A DNA stretch of 63,264 bases, filler included, from Intoshia linei (taxonomy: Eukaryota > Animalia > Orthonectida), in assembly GCA_001642005.1 (NCBI GenBank). It is 4 parts of 4 records of this genome, joined end to end, with 100 filler letters (N's around TTAATTAATTAA, not from the genome) between each part and the next. Parts side by side here need not be neighbours in the genome. Positions count along the whole stretch, not along the records: positions 25,772 to 45,523 come from LWCA01000716.1; 3 more parts are not named here. One strand, 5' to 3'. The translations under genes and the position numbers were made by a program. Below, one piece after another: positions 27,230 through 41,483 of this stretch (positions within the stretch are counted from its first letter, which is position 1; each line of letters begins with the position of its first letter). The notes under the pieces are model-generated. The model had not been told where the DNA came from and did no database searches. It worked only from the letters and a program-made list of their open reading frames with translations.

Positions 27230-30200
27230 ATGATTTTAAAATATAGTGGATTGTATTCCAAGGATTTACCTTTCTACACAACTGACATAAACTTACCTGT
27301 CAGATTAAGAGATTCAGGATATGACAAAAACCCCATAACCATCCCAGACTTGTTGCAAATAACCATATGTGACATGGTAGATCAAAACCAAACTGTGAAT
27401 GCTCTAGCTCACCAAAAAAAAATTGGAGGAAAATGGCATTTTGTAAGTTATCAAGGATATTATGAACAAATAGAAACATTTTCAAAATCATTAATAGCAC
27501 TAGGCGCTAAAGAATCTGAAGGAGTTGCGATTATGGCATTTAATTCTATACACTGGCATGTATCTTATATGGGCGCTATACACAGTGGAAATGTACCTGT
27601 TGGGTTATACCCCACTAACAGCGACTCAATTACAGCGCATTGTCTTAAAATTACCAATACAAGTGTAATTATAGTGGACGATTTAAAAAAAATTGAAAAA
27701 ATTAAAAAAATGAAAAATGAAATTGATAGTATAACTGCAATTGTAGCGTGCTGTGACTTGGGCGATATGGACACATTCCCTGGTTTATACACTTGGAATA
27801 ATTTCATGAAACTGGCAAATGATGATGATGATGATGAATTTAAAAGACGGTTATCAAATATTAAACCAAACAAGGTAGCTAGTATAGTATTTACTAGTGG
27901 AACCACAGGTGATCCTAAAGCTGTAATGCTTAGTCATGACAATCTTGTATGGACTGCTTCTCAATTTTTCACATCTATTGGCGTAGAATGCAATCATGAA
28001 AGATTAATTAGTTACTTGCCGCTATCTCATATTGCAGCTCAAATGCTGGATATTGTTGGTTCAATCATTACTCATTCAACAATTTATTTTGCTCAACCCA
28101 CTGCTTTAAAAGGAAGTCTAATTACAACTATGAAGGATGTGGAGCCGACCCTATTTCTTGGAGTGCCTCGCGTATTTGATAAAATGTTTGAAAAAATAAA
28201 ACTTGCTAGTTCTTCAAATTCTGGCTTGAAACTTCTAATTTCTCGATGGGCAAAATCTGTTGGTTATAATTATTATTCCCACAAAATGAAAAAAACCAAT
28301 TGCAAAAAAGGAACAGCGTATAAACTAGCTGATAAACTCGTATATACTAAGATTAAAACAGCTTTAGGGTTAAATAATTGTAAATACCTGTTTTATGGCG
28401 CCGCACCAATTTCTTATCCTACAATTGATTTTTTTATGAGCATTGGTATGCTTATTAATGGAGTTTATGGTTTAAGTGAAACTACTGGACCTCATTCTGT
28501 TATGAAGGAATCTTGTTTTCACAATCGTACCGTTGGAACGTAATTTATATACTATAATAAACAATAAATATATGCAAAAGTACTCAATTTTGCATGGGAA
28601 TAATGAACAATTCTGTAATATGAAAACTTTTTTAACAGAATTTTAATCATTGCCCCATATTGTTTTTTATTTTTTGAGTTTACCAAAATATACTTAATGG
28701 TGTTTTATGTCAGCTTAACGTTTTTATAGGAGGGATTTCGTTTACATTATTATGATTGCATCGTTTGTAAATGAGTTCTTTTTTAAGATAGAAATTGTAT
28801 GACTACAATTAAATTAAATTAAACTGTATGATGAATATTTAAATTTGAAAAATTGGTTGATAATATATTAAAAGTTATTTTTCACCGGGAATGCGTAGAT
28901 TTCTGCAATTGAAATTTTGTATCTATATCAGCTGGAATAAGCTGTATCACTAAAAATTTTTTTTTAAATTCTAGGACCGTTAATTATTTCAAATTTTTTG
29001 TTTTACTAAAATGTTAATAAAATATTTACCGAATAAATAAAAAAATGAAGACCAAAGTGCTTTTTTAACTGTGAAGGAGTCACTTTGTGAGATTGAAATT
29101 TTTTGTTTGTGTTAACTGGATATAGCTGTAATAAACTGTACTGAGAGGTAATTTTTTTTAATTCTAGGACTTTTTCATTTTTTAAAAAGAGGGCAATCTG
29201 GGATTTTGAATGTGAAAATTACTTTTTTTGAGGTTACCATTTATGATAATGCTTATAATTTTAAAAATAATCACATTATGTATGTTTTATAAAATTCTGT
29301 TTTTTCCAAAAAGTTTCGGAGATTGAGAATTACGAAATGTGTATGTCTTTAAAAAGAGAATACCAAATAAACAAATAAAAAACCAATACTAAAGTTCTTT
29401 TTTTACCTTGAAGGCTTCACTTTTTCAATTTCAAATTTTGATTAATTTATTCGGTCACAGGCGGCCGTATTGTGGAGTCAACTTGATCTATATCAGTGGT
29501 TCCCGATTTAAATAGTGTACGAACCCCACTTCAAAATATTTATTTTTTGGACCCGAAAGAAACATGAAATATATAACATTTATCAAAATATTAAAGGTTT
29601 TCTCATAAGATTTGATAAACTTGAATTTTTCAAAAAAATATTGGAAAAAGAGGATTTTTCAAGAAAATATTGGATCAAGAGGATTTCCCTTAAATTAGGT
29701 TGGTAAAATTGGATTTTTCAAAAAAATATCGGTAAAAGTCGATTTTTCTCTGAGGATTTTAAAATGTATTTTTTGATTAAGTTTTATTATTGGTGGGATA
29801 AAAGTAGGATTTTTGAAATAATAATGTATCGGTCGTCTAGGCTTTAGGATAAATTCACAACATCTATATTTTATTTTAATCTCAGGGGTCCAGGAACCCC
29901 AATCAGGAACCACTGATCTATGCATACATTTTATTGTTTAGTTGCATGAATGAAACCAAATCAAAACTCAGCGAAAACAATGAATTGTGCATAAGTGGAA
30001 GACACATATTTATGGGATATAAAGACAATCTTGAATGCACTTTAAAGGCATTTGATGAAGAATTTTTTAGAACTGGAGATCAGGCTAAATTTATAAAGTT
30101 TCAAAAAGATCGAAATAGTGTTCAAATTATTGGTCGAATTAAGGGTTATTTTATATTTTGTATTTTATAAATTCTGGAATAGAAGCTTAATGAGTGTAAG

Positions 30201-31526
30201 TTTAGTTGATTTACAGTGATGGACACATTTTCATAAATATATTTTGATTCATTTCAAAATATTTCATTTATCAATGAACAATTTATCAAATACCTTTGAG
30301 AGATTTAATTAGTAATATACTCTCTAAAGGCAAAATGACGTACTTCTAAATACTCGGATGTATTTTACAAAAATAATATTAAAATTTTCAAATTATTCCA
30401 GTTATATCAACCTAAACAGGTGCGTCTTTTAGTTAAGTACATAGTAATAAGAAAATATTCTTAAACCTAATTATTTTTACCAAACTTAAAGGAAAAAATT
30501 AATTTTCACAAACCCTTAAGTGAGAATTTCAATTTTACTAAGTTTTAAGGGATTAATCCATTTTTACAAACCATAAAACTGGAATTTTCCCTAAAGGTTT
30601 GATAAAAGTGATTTTTTCATTTTAGGGTTGGAAAAACTAAATGTTGCTTTTTAGGTGTGGTAAAATTGGAATTTTCCTTAAAGGGTTGGTCAATTTTGAT
30701 TTTTATTCAAAATGGTTGGATTTATGTAGACACACTAATAATAATGTATTTAACATTTTTTAGAGATTGTAATAACATCTGGAGGTGAAAACGTTCCTTG
30801 CGTTGAAATTGTGAATAGAATAAAGACTCATCTACCAATTATCAGCAATGCTGTAATTATAGGAGATAAACGGAAATTTGTATCAGTTTTACTTACTATT
30901 AAAACAGTGATTAATCCAGACACACTGGAATCTACTTCAGAACTTGAGGAGAGTGTAATTTCCTGGTGTCGAAAACTAGGATCGAATACAAAAACAATCG
31001 GTAAATACATATCGATATTATATATTATTATACAATTTTTGATATCCATACTCAGAACCCAACCTAAATGTGAAAACCCCGAAAATAAAAATAAACCCCT
31101 AAAATATTTTGTTTGTTTTTGTCAATAATAGAAAAAAACGCCCCTAAAATTTGTTTTTTAAATTCTTTAGGTGAGAAATTAATTTCTTTTTATTTATTGA
31201 TACAAATAACGGATTATAAGATGTAGGGCGTAAAATTTACCAGTGGTATTCTTTTTGGTGCTTTGTATTTCTAATATATTTATCAATTTATTATATTAGA
31301 ACCAATATACAAAAAAGATGATGATCTCATCAATATGAAAATTACAAAAGCATTTGAAACTATCAATTCTAAAGCAACCAATAACGTACACAAAATTAAA
31401 AAGTGGGTAATTTTAGAAAAAGACTTTTCTATACTTGGTGGTGAACTGGGGCCTACCATGAAGATTAAAAAAAACATTGTACTAGAAAAGTACAATGATG
31501 TAATTTCAGCCATGTATGACAATTAA
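27230..31526 (+). CDS. ACSBG: Long-chain fatty-acid-CoA ligase, bubblegum family; exons ~27230-28539, 29942-30143, 30764-31000, 31300-31526
   Basis: IVFTSGTTGDPKAVMLSHDN, SYLPLSHIAAQMLDI, YGLSETTGPH, GRHIFMGY, FRTGD, GRIK|EIVITSGGENVP, ISNAVIIGDKRKF, GGELGPTMKIKK. Confidence 0.95.
28835..29130 (-). repeat. Dispersed repeat family C copy (inverted), in ACSBG intron 1
   Basis: TTGGTTGATAATATATTAAAAGTTATTTTTCACCGGGAATGCGT is the reverse complement of the family core. Confidence 0.75.
29494..29915 (-). mobile_element. hAT-type MITE (family A), inverted
   Basis: TIRs CAGTGGTTCCCGATT / AATCAGGAACCACTG; flanks ATCTATAT / ATCTATGC. Confidence 0.85.
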
Positions 31527-31892
31527 CCTTGTATCTTATTTACACATTAAAATTTATAAACCTGTCGATTTTTATTCTTATTTTATATCAATTTAACTAG
31601 ATTTTTCTATATTCTCTAAAGATGGGAGCAATTTCATATGATGTCACATGTTGCAATTTTTTCAACACCATACCATGAGGATTTTTAAAAAGTGAAATTT
31701 TCGAAAAATGGGACCAGCTAGACTTGAAATAATTTATAAAACCAAATTAAATCAATTTTTTTTAAAAATTAGGGGTGAGGAGAAAAATAGTGTCCATTCT
31801 GCTCATAAAGCTAATAATTATTGAAAAGCATAATACATATTGTATATTAGTTAAATTTTAACGTCATTTAAAAATATCAAAAATAATAAATA

Positions 31893-34800
31893 TTAATGGT
31901 TTATTAAAATAAAATCTTTAATGACATTGAATAGTGTTTGAAAGTTTAAATTTTCAAATTCCTTCCATAATGTACATTTGGACCAAATCTGACTAGTTAC
32001 TTGTACACCGTTCAAAATTTTACAAATTGTTAGTGGAGAAAATTGATAAACATCTTGAGGATATTGATCAAAAAATTTAATTAATGTGCGTTCAATTTCT
32101 TTTTTTACCTGCCCATCAATGGCATGAGACATTGGCTAAAAAAATAGTAATTTTCTGATTTAAATTTTATATTACCACTTCAATTTCGAAAGTATTGAGA
32201 AACTGATAAAAATTACAACCTGTAAAAGATCTAAATTCAAACATATATTTATAATGGAAATGTGCAACTGTTTAGTGGTGATGTAGGTAAAAATGTCTTT
32301 ATTTCGTTGTAAATTGATATTGATCATTTTTTTATAATTTTTATAACACTGCACATAATTTAATGTGTTATTATCTAGAGTTTTTTTGAATATACAAGAT
32401 TTGTTGGTAAATTTCATCAGTCCTTGAACTTCCACTAATTTAATACGTCAATTTAATAGAATTTAATAGTAAATTACAGAAATGAGGTATATCACTTTGC
32501 AGAGTTTTTAAATTTGTAAACAATTCAAAAAATGAAATTTTTAAAATATTGGCAGCCTTGCACAGTTCAAATTCAAAGTTGTTCTAATTATAATAGTATT
32601 TATACAACATGAGAAAAAACCTCCACTACGTCAGTATAATTGGAGATTGCTTTTATTATGGACGACTAAAAATTAATTAATTACTAATATTTATAATACA
32701 AACAAAAAATAATACATTCTAATAAATTTTACTAAAAAATATAAATAAATCAAAAAAACCTGATTTTTCAATTCATTTATAGATCCTTTATAAAATGATA
32801 TACAGCAGGTATTATCATAAAAGCCTAATACGTCAATCAGTGTTGTTTCATGAATCGATTGCATGAGTTTTTGAAAAACTAAAAAACAAATTGTAGATAC
32901 AACAGGTTCAAATGAAGTTTCCTTAAAGCCGTTTAAATTTAAATTTAAATCCAATTTTTAACTATAAGTCAGGTGTGGTCAACTTTTTCGAAATGATATG
33001 CATATGCATAAATCTTTTATACAATCAAACTACTTATAGAATCGCATTCTACAAAATAATAGGTCATCTTAGAATACTAATTATATATTATTGTTTTTAC
33101 CTGACTCGTTAGCATCCAATAAATTTTGCAATTCATAGCACGAGAAAAATTTCTAAAACATTAATAAAATAAAAAAGGTTATTAACAATAATAATAAAAT
33201 AACTTATTATACAAATGGGGCAACTTTTCTGGTAACTAGGAAATAAATATAAATGTTATTTTTAAGTAATCCATATTTTGGATAATAAATGAACAATCCT
33301 CATTATTCATAAAAATCATTATATAATATTAGTATTTTATAATAATACCTAAAAAAATTTGTTAAAATTGAAAACTAAACCAGTTTCTGAATAGTAAACT
33401 GATTCTGATTAATAAATCTTAAATTAAATTAAAATTAAATCTTAGAATGCCAACATACATATCCGTTTGAATTGCAAATTTTCTCGTAAATTATTTTGAT
33501 TGTAGCAATGTCAACAAAATCTGAATTAATCTGAGAATTCAAACTATACAAACTTTTCTAAATGTACTGTTAATATAATTATTTCATTAATTTTTTAAAT
33601 GATTTTTAGAGAATTTTTAAAATTTTTCAAGCTAAAATTTAAAACATGGTATAGGGTAAATTTTTTAAAATCATTAAATAATATATTTTTAGAAAACTTA
33701 AAGGAGGTTTTAGGTTTTTATCAAACATTAAAAATGAGTTTTAGAAAATTTTAACGTGGTTTTAGGATAATTCCTTTATCTTAATTTAGAAAACATTTCA
33801 GAAACTTTTAAAATTTTACTTTAGGCCGTAAACTAAACTAACCCTAAACTTTAGAGTGTCATTTTTAACACATGTAAATAAACTTTAGAAATTATTTTTT
33901 AGGAAAATTTAATAAAGGGGTTATAAATTTATTTATTTTCAAACTTTCATATGCTTATATTAGGGTAACTTTAAACAAAGTTTTTATTAAAAAGATTTTT
34001 TGATGTAAAATAAAAATGTGGTTTTTGAGGAATGTTTTTAATATACTTTAAAATAATTTTTGTTAAGAAATTATATAACGGTTTTTTCTCGGAATCTTTT
34101 AAAAAAATTACAAAAAGGAGGTTTTGGATGAAAGTATTTTAATAAACTTTCAAAATATTTAAAAAGTGATTTTTCTCGGAATTTTTTAAAACGTTAAAAA
34201 TAGAGGTTTAGGAGGAATGTTTTTAACAAAACACAAAAAATATGTATTTTTTTCGAAAAATTAAAAAAAAGTGTGATTATTTTTTTAATAAAATTTTTTT
34301 TTTTGTTTCGGAGTAATATTTTTATCATACTTTAAAATAATTTTACTAAAAATTTCCCATAAATTCTATAAAAATGACTAACAATTTAAATGGCTATAAT
34401 AAATAAAAACATACAATATTCAAAAAAATATTCCAATCTGTACATTCATTACTTTGAAAAAGTTTGTAACAAAATTTAAAAATCCATTCAAAACAATTTG
34501 GCAAATCCACAAATATAACTTGATTTAAATTTAAATTTTCTTGGAAAAGGGATTCAATAAACAAACTATTTTCAATAAAAAATAATTTTTCAACTATTAA
34601 TAGTTTTATTGTATCATCTCTACCAAAAAATTTTGATACGTCTTTGGCATTAAGATTAGAATTGAATCTACTGTATTTAGAAACAACAGACATGTTTTTG
34701 TGGTACACTAGAATTAACATAAAAATAAAAACTAGACAATAATTACCAAATGAGCTAATACTTTCATGTAGTTTGTCAACAGATGAATTTTTACAGATAA

Positions 34801-37800
34801 CCAAAAAATGGGTATTTTCATTTTTATCCATACACGTACGTAAATATTTCAACAAACTCTAAATAAATAATATAACGAAAATACCCATCAACATAAAAGA
34901 AAATATTTGAAAATATTTTAAACTTACTTCATCAACAGAAGAAACAACATGCGGTACAATTTGTAAATTGTTATTTTGAAATTCATCAATATTCAAATCT
35001 TGTGGAACAAAATCAACACTACAATCAAAAGTTTTTGATAAATCTTTTGAACAATCCACTCCCTCATAATCATAAAAAATCAAATTTGGATTTTCAACCA
35101 ATTTAACAAAATTTTTGACAGCTTGAAGGTAATTGAAATTAAAATCTTTACCCAAATTACCAAGACTTAAAAAATTAGAATTCATAACAACTATAGTTGA
35201 AATGTTTATCAATCCTTTTTCACAAATATTCAAATTTTGTAAATTTTGAAAAAATTGCAAATTTTTTACAGTTGAACTTATAAATTGGTATATTAAAGCT
35301 ACCGACACGAAAATGAATGAAATTTGTGAATTTTCGTTATTCGGGACGTTAGTTTCAGTTGAATTTTGCGAATCTTTTAAATTTTCAATACAAATAGACT
35401 CTTTGGAAAAAATAACTATTCCATATTTCTTCATTAATATTTTTTCATTTTTAAATATAGTTTCGTCAAATTTGTTGAACAGTACAAGGGATACTGATTT
35501 ATCATATTTTTCTTTAAAAATTTCATTGATTTGATTTAAACATGATAAAATTTGCAAAAATTTTGGATATATTATTTGAATTGATTTTCCTATATTAAAA
35601 TATGCAAAAATTTATTATTATTATTAAATATATATTATTCAAATTAAAAAGTTACCTTTTAGAACATGATTCATGACAATTTGCAATGTTTTTGGATGGT
35701 TTAAAATTTTATTATTGAAATCTAAAGAAATTCAAATCAGTATATTTTTTTACAAGAACGTTAGTTTTTCTTAATTAATTAGTTAATAAAGGAGCACATT
35801 TAATTTTTTCCGGTGCAGTATGTAAATTTAAATAAGTAAGATAAATTTCAAACTGAAAAATTGACTCTTTCTATGTTAGCACCCAAAGTTACCCTTTATT
35901 TAAAAATGAAAAAAATTGCACAATTTAAAAAAAATAAATTCTGATGCAGATTTTAAAATCATGAGCATTATCATAAATGTCATAAATATCTCAAAAACTT
36001 ATATCTGCATGACCAAAACCCAAAATTAACCAATATTTTGTAAAATCAAATAATTAAATCCCATCATTTTAAAAAATTTTAAAAAATTTCAAAATCATAG
36101 TTAAGCCTACACGATCAAAAAAGAAATTTACTGTTTATTTCTGGAAATACGCTTATGGAAGATCCATACATTATTTTTACGAAATAATTATAATTTGGCT
36201 ATTATAAAAACTAACCATCATTGATTCCACAACAACCCTTGAGTAAAAGGTTTGACACGTCGGTTAAATTTACATTGCTTAGACACTGATTAGCCCAATG
36301 GCCCTTTTGATTACAGTTGAAACAAACGTAACTCTTTTTTGATTTATATTTCTTCCATTTACTCTTAAATTTACTACCTTTTTTGAAGAATGATTTTTTC
36401 ATCGAGAGTTTGACAAAATTATCATTATATCTAAAAGATATATATGTAGGTTAGGGTGTCCACTTTTTTATTATAATAAAAATATATTTTGCACGTCGAT
36501 GCCTTTTTTCATTTTAAAAATGTATAAAGTGAAATAAAACATTTTATTTAATTTTATTTAAAGTATTATAAGGCTTCTCTCATCGATTTATCATTTTTTT
36601 TTTATTTCAGTTTTGTATGTTGTTTTAGCTAAAAAATTTAAAGAAATGATTTTAACATTTTAATCAAATTATAAAGAAAAATTTTAAATTCACATAACAT
36701 TTAATACATTCAATATATATTTTAAATTTCAAATTATGTATTTTGTGAAATAGTTAGATCAAATTGAAATTAAATATAAAAAAATCGCCCTAAGGGGTCG
36801 ATTCGCCCACTGTTGAAAACCACCGGGATAAACCAATGATTCTAACGGTAATGTGGATTATGTAATCCGCACCGAACCAGACACCTTCGAGACCTAGAGT
36901 AAAAATATGTAAACTAGTGATTTTTCTTGTTTTAGAAATTAAAAAAATATATTTTCAGTGTCATAAATATTAAGTCATGGATAAGTCAATTGTAGGGAGT
37001 GTTTTCCAAATCTCAAGTTATTGTTTGAGTGAGGCCAAGAAAATTGTGTGTGTTCACATAGAAAATTTAAAAACTTTTTAAAACTAAAAAACGGACGCGT
37101 TTTAAAATAATTAACATGATCGTTAATCTCAGCCTCGAAAACGCATAGCTTCGTGGTCAAAACACCAAATTACCCTTTGTTTTAAAAATGAAACATGTCC
37201 TAAAATTTTTTTAAACATAAATTCTGAGACAGTTTTTAAAATCATAAGCATTATCATAAAACGCAATCTCAAAAAAGTGCATTTTCACGATCAATTCTCC
37301 AAATTATCCGTTTTTTAAAAATTAAAATAGTCCTAAACTTTAAAAAAATTTAAAACAAACACGAAGAGCAAAGTATGCTTCATTAACATAACTATGAATT
37401 CTAAAGTTTATATTCACGTCTTAAACAACTACCTATTACCCTGTCGAAAGTCGTTCGAAATATTTTAACAGGATAATGCATCAATCCATAAATGTCAAAA
37501 AATAAAAAGGTGGCAAAATGTTTGGGGATGGCTGGCATGATCTACAGATCTAAATCCTATTTAAAACTTATGGGCAGTTTTTTCTCGCATGATATATAAG
37601 AATTACACAAAATATAGAAATTTAAATGAGTTAAAAACGGCAATTAAAAAAGCCTGGACATCCATACCAGCAATTACCATTTGTACCCTCATTTCTAGCA
37701 TGGACGACAAGATTTGAACACACTAAAAATTTCAATCTGAATAAGTGACGACTTCACGGTCAAAAACACATTTTAGTATTCATATATTTTTTTCCGAAAT

Positions 37801-40800
37801 ATTTTATTAACAATGTAAAACAAAAAATGTGAAATAATTAACGGTCAGAAAATTTAAAAAAAAATTATTCTGATAGAGCTTATTCCAGTTGATATAAATA
37901 CAAAATTTCAACCCCAGAAATCCACGCATTCCCGGTGAAAAATAATTTTTAATATATTATCAACCAATATTTTTATAATATTTCGATTAAAATCAAAAAT
38001 CGAAAATGTAAATATTCATCCTACAATTTCACAAAAAAAAAGTGCATTGAACGTATACACATTTCTAATAAAGAAATATGGGTGAAAATCTATATAATTC
38101 ATTCTTTCAAGATTTTTTTCATTGCTACGCAATTTTTAAATTTCAAATTCTGTTAATAAAATATTTCGGAAAAAAATATATGAATACTAAAATGCTTTTT
38201 TGACCGTGAAGTCGTCCACTTATTCTATTGAAATTTTCTGTGTGTGTTAACAGGATACAACTGTACCACCTGTAAATTTTTTTGACATTATAGGGCTGTT
38301 TCCAAAAAATTGGAAGGGAAATTTGTGGTTTGGGCTCTGAAGATATAATTTTTTTTAAAATTTAAATTGATGATAATGTTTATGATTTTAAAATCCGTAT
38401 CAGCGTATATATTTTTTTAAATTCTTCAACTCGTTGATTTTCAAAAAAAGGACAATTGAAGTTTTTCACCCATAAGATTTGAGTTTGGGAGGTTGAAATT
38501 TATTTTGCGAACACCTCCGGAAAAAACTGTAATTGAAATGTGGACTTTATAAAATTCTAAGACGGGTAGTTATTTAGATAAAGTTGAACACACACACAAA
38601 CACAAATCGCGTAGCATATTATATAAGTTGGGATTATAAAATTTTCAATAAACTACTGTAACTGAGAAATCATAAAATGAAAACTTTAAACTTCAAGAGG
38701 GGGTTTTTTTAGAAAAAATTAAAAATATTAATATCATTCTGAAGCAAATTGAGCGGTGCTTTTTAATTTTTTATATGTCATTTTTATATTAGACATATGG
38801 AATAACCCTAATATACACTCATCATCAAATTGTTTTTTAAAGTTTTTAAACAAATGATAAAATAAAATTAAGTTAAAACTCTATATCAGGGTGTGAATTA
38901 TGCGGCCCCAATTTTGAAATTTGCGGCGTTATAATAGGGGATTAATTAATTTGTCAGTATTTAATTAAAATACTGACATTTTTTAATAAAAAATGTTCTG
39001 TATTTTCAACATAAAATTGTCAGTATACACATTAAAATATCAGTAATAAAAAGTATTTTGTCAGTATTCAATTACATATTTGTCAGTTTTTAATTGCTTT
39101 CTTGTCAGTACATAATTGCATTTTTGTCAGTAAATATATTAACTAGATCAGTATTCATCGAAAATTGTAAGTAACTCAACAAAAAAGTATATAAAAATAA
39201 ACACATTTTATAAAATAATATTTTGTGAGTAAAAAAATTAAATTGTAAGTTTGATGATTTTGGAGTGTCAGTATAAAAATTAAAAATCTAGTTTTTGAAA
39301 ATTGAATGTAAACATGTCAATCTCTTAAATCTTTTTTATATCTCTATCTTATCTTTATTATTATCCTTGTGAGGCCTATATTATACCTACAAACCAAATT
39401 ACAAAAAAATTAGAAATATTCTATGGTGTTCACACCAAAAAATATATTTTTTTATGAGAATAAATTGTTAATTAATTGTGTCAGTATTTTTCTTTAATTA
39501 TTTTTCAATATTGTAGATGGTTTGTCAGTATTTTAGGTGCCTTTACTGACAAAATAATTTTTTTTACTGCCCTTCCAATTTAAATACTAAAAATCAATTA
39601 TTTATACTGACACCTTATCAATTGGCACCTAAAATACTGAAAAATCAATGTTTCTACTGACAAATAATCACCAATACTGATCAATCAATAAGAAAAATAC
39701 TGACACAATAAATGCACGCCGTTATAATATACATTTTTATTTTTATTTTTATAACAATTTTCAACACATATTTATATTTTTACAGTGATTTGATATATTT
39801 TTCATGATTTATTTATTCATGATTACAATTTTAACATTATTTGTACACTTATTCTATCATTATTGTTTCTTAATTCATTTTATGAATTGAAATTATTATA
39901 AATTAATTAAAAGTGTTAGTTTTAAGATAATTTTTTGAGTAAATACTTTTTTGTGCGGCCAGTGTAATAAATTTTTTCACTTTTGGCCTGCCAAGCAATT
40001 CAAGTCCGACACCCTTGTTAAATGAATCATTTAATTTAATTTGATGTGAATTGTGCGGTCCATGTTGAAATAAATTTGGGAACCATCCTTCACCCAAAAT
40101 GCATTATAGAAGAAAAAATTATGCATTACAGGTATTTAAAATATTATTTTTTCTTGGATTGATGTTTTTATAGTTATAAGTATAATTTGATTGTTTTTAA
40201 CATCATACCCTTATTGTTTAATATATTAAAAAATATCCCGTCTGCAGAGCTAGCTACGTGTGTGTAGGAAGTACATAACAGTCAATCCAGTAAATTATGA
40301 TATATAATTTGTACAAAATATTACGATTTTTGTCTTTGATTCAAATTTTTTCGTGTTTTCAATTGATTAGGTAATTTGGTTCTACCATGTTTTTGTGGTA
40401 GTTTCGATTTTTCAGGAATTTCAGAATTTTCAATTGATTTGAATGTACATTTTTCTAATAAATTATTAATACTTTTAAATTAAAATTAAAAAAATACAAA
40501 CTAAATTTATCGACTGTCGGTAAAATTGATAGATTTGTTGGTTCAGCGACATCTTGGTTGGAATTATTTACATCCTGATTTAATGATTTGTCTTCTTCTG
40601 AGTTGTAATTTTCATCAATATCTTTACATTTCACATGAACATATTCATCTGGTATCTATTTTGCGTGTAAATTTAAATTTAAAATTTTAAATCTTAATTG
40701 CAAAATAAAAATGATATTCATACCACTATTTTCTCCAATTTAGTATATTTATTTGCCAAAATTGTATTATTCTTACCCTGAATAACTTTAGATTTATTCA

Positions 40801-41483
40801 AAGTCATGGATGGCACTTTAACGAGTTTACGATTCAATTTCAATTCTACATTGTCTTCTTTTTTTGGTTCCACTCGAAATCTTGTCCAGTAATTATAAGT
40901 CTTAATTAAAAATCAGTTATAACGTTATATATGATGTAGCCATATGATATAACTATCTGTGGTTGCGTGATTTTGTTATTATTAATTTCTACATAAAATT
41001 TAAAAATTGTTTAGTGATTTAGAGAGGGTTTTTTTGGGAAAAATAAAAATAAAAGTGCTATTCTACAAAATGTATGGTTTGACCGTGAAGAGACATTTTT
41101 TGAATTTGAAATATATCTTATGTTGTGCGCTGCAAATAACTGACTCTGAATTTTTGTTTTTGAAATTTATGGGACAGTCAGTTTTCTCAATAAATGGCTA
41201 CACACATAAAGAATGATGGTCGATATTTACCGTTTTTTTAAGATCATGGTACTTTTTATATTCATCTAAAATTATAATTCCATTAAAGAAAATTACAGAA
41301 ATTATAAAATAAATTCAAATTAAATAATTAAAACGCTTTATAGAATTTGAATCAATATCACTCTAAAAATATTTTTAAATCAAAAATTCAAGTTTTTACT
41401 TTAGTTGGCATTTTTCCAAATTTACCGTGATATTCTTTTTCCCAGTTTTTTATTTTTGTACGTAATTTACAAATATCGTCCAT
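31893..41483 (-). CDS. RECQL4: RECQL4-like protein: Sld2-like N-terminus, CCHC knuckle, degenerate helicase core, RecQ4 C-terminal domain
   Basis: ATG at 41483: MDDICKLRTKIKNWEKEYHGKFGKMPTK|SDIDSNSIK|HEYKKYHDLKK (Sld2/RecQ4 N-terminal motif). NDNFVKLSMKK..KSKWKKYK..CFNCNQKGHWANQC (36283-36430). C-terminus FSPLTICKILNGV..LWKEFENLNFQTL (cf. RECQL4 FSSRAVARIFHGI..FWRKYLHLSFHAL). Confidence 0.85.
37440..37710 (+). mobile_element. Tc1/Tc3-like transposase C-terminal remnant
   Basis: QDNASIH../WLA*STDLNPI*NLWAVFSRMIYK..LNELKTAIKKAWTSIP..TLISSM. Confidence 0.75.
37716..38270. repeat. Family C repeat followed by an inverted partial copy
   Basis: 37730-37812 is approximately the reverse complement of 38151-38236. 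Confidence 0.75.
38887..40017 (-). mobile_element. hAT MITE family B copy, interrupted by a nested element
   Basis: Ends and body are the reverse complement of 2881-3213. Confidence 0.8.
38937..39720. mobile_element. Mutator/Foldback-like non-autonomous element
   Basis: 9-bp TSD GTTATAATA (38928-38936, 39721-39729); GG...CC termini; arrays of TGTCAGTA on the left and TACTGACA on the right. Confidence 0.8.

Noticed and set aside
36283-36324. CCHC zinc knuckle as a retroelement gag
   Set aside because: The context (NFVKL, KWKK, flanking exons) matches the RECQL4 knuckle.
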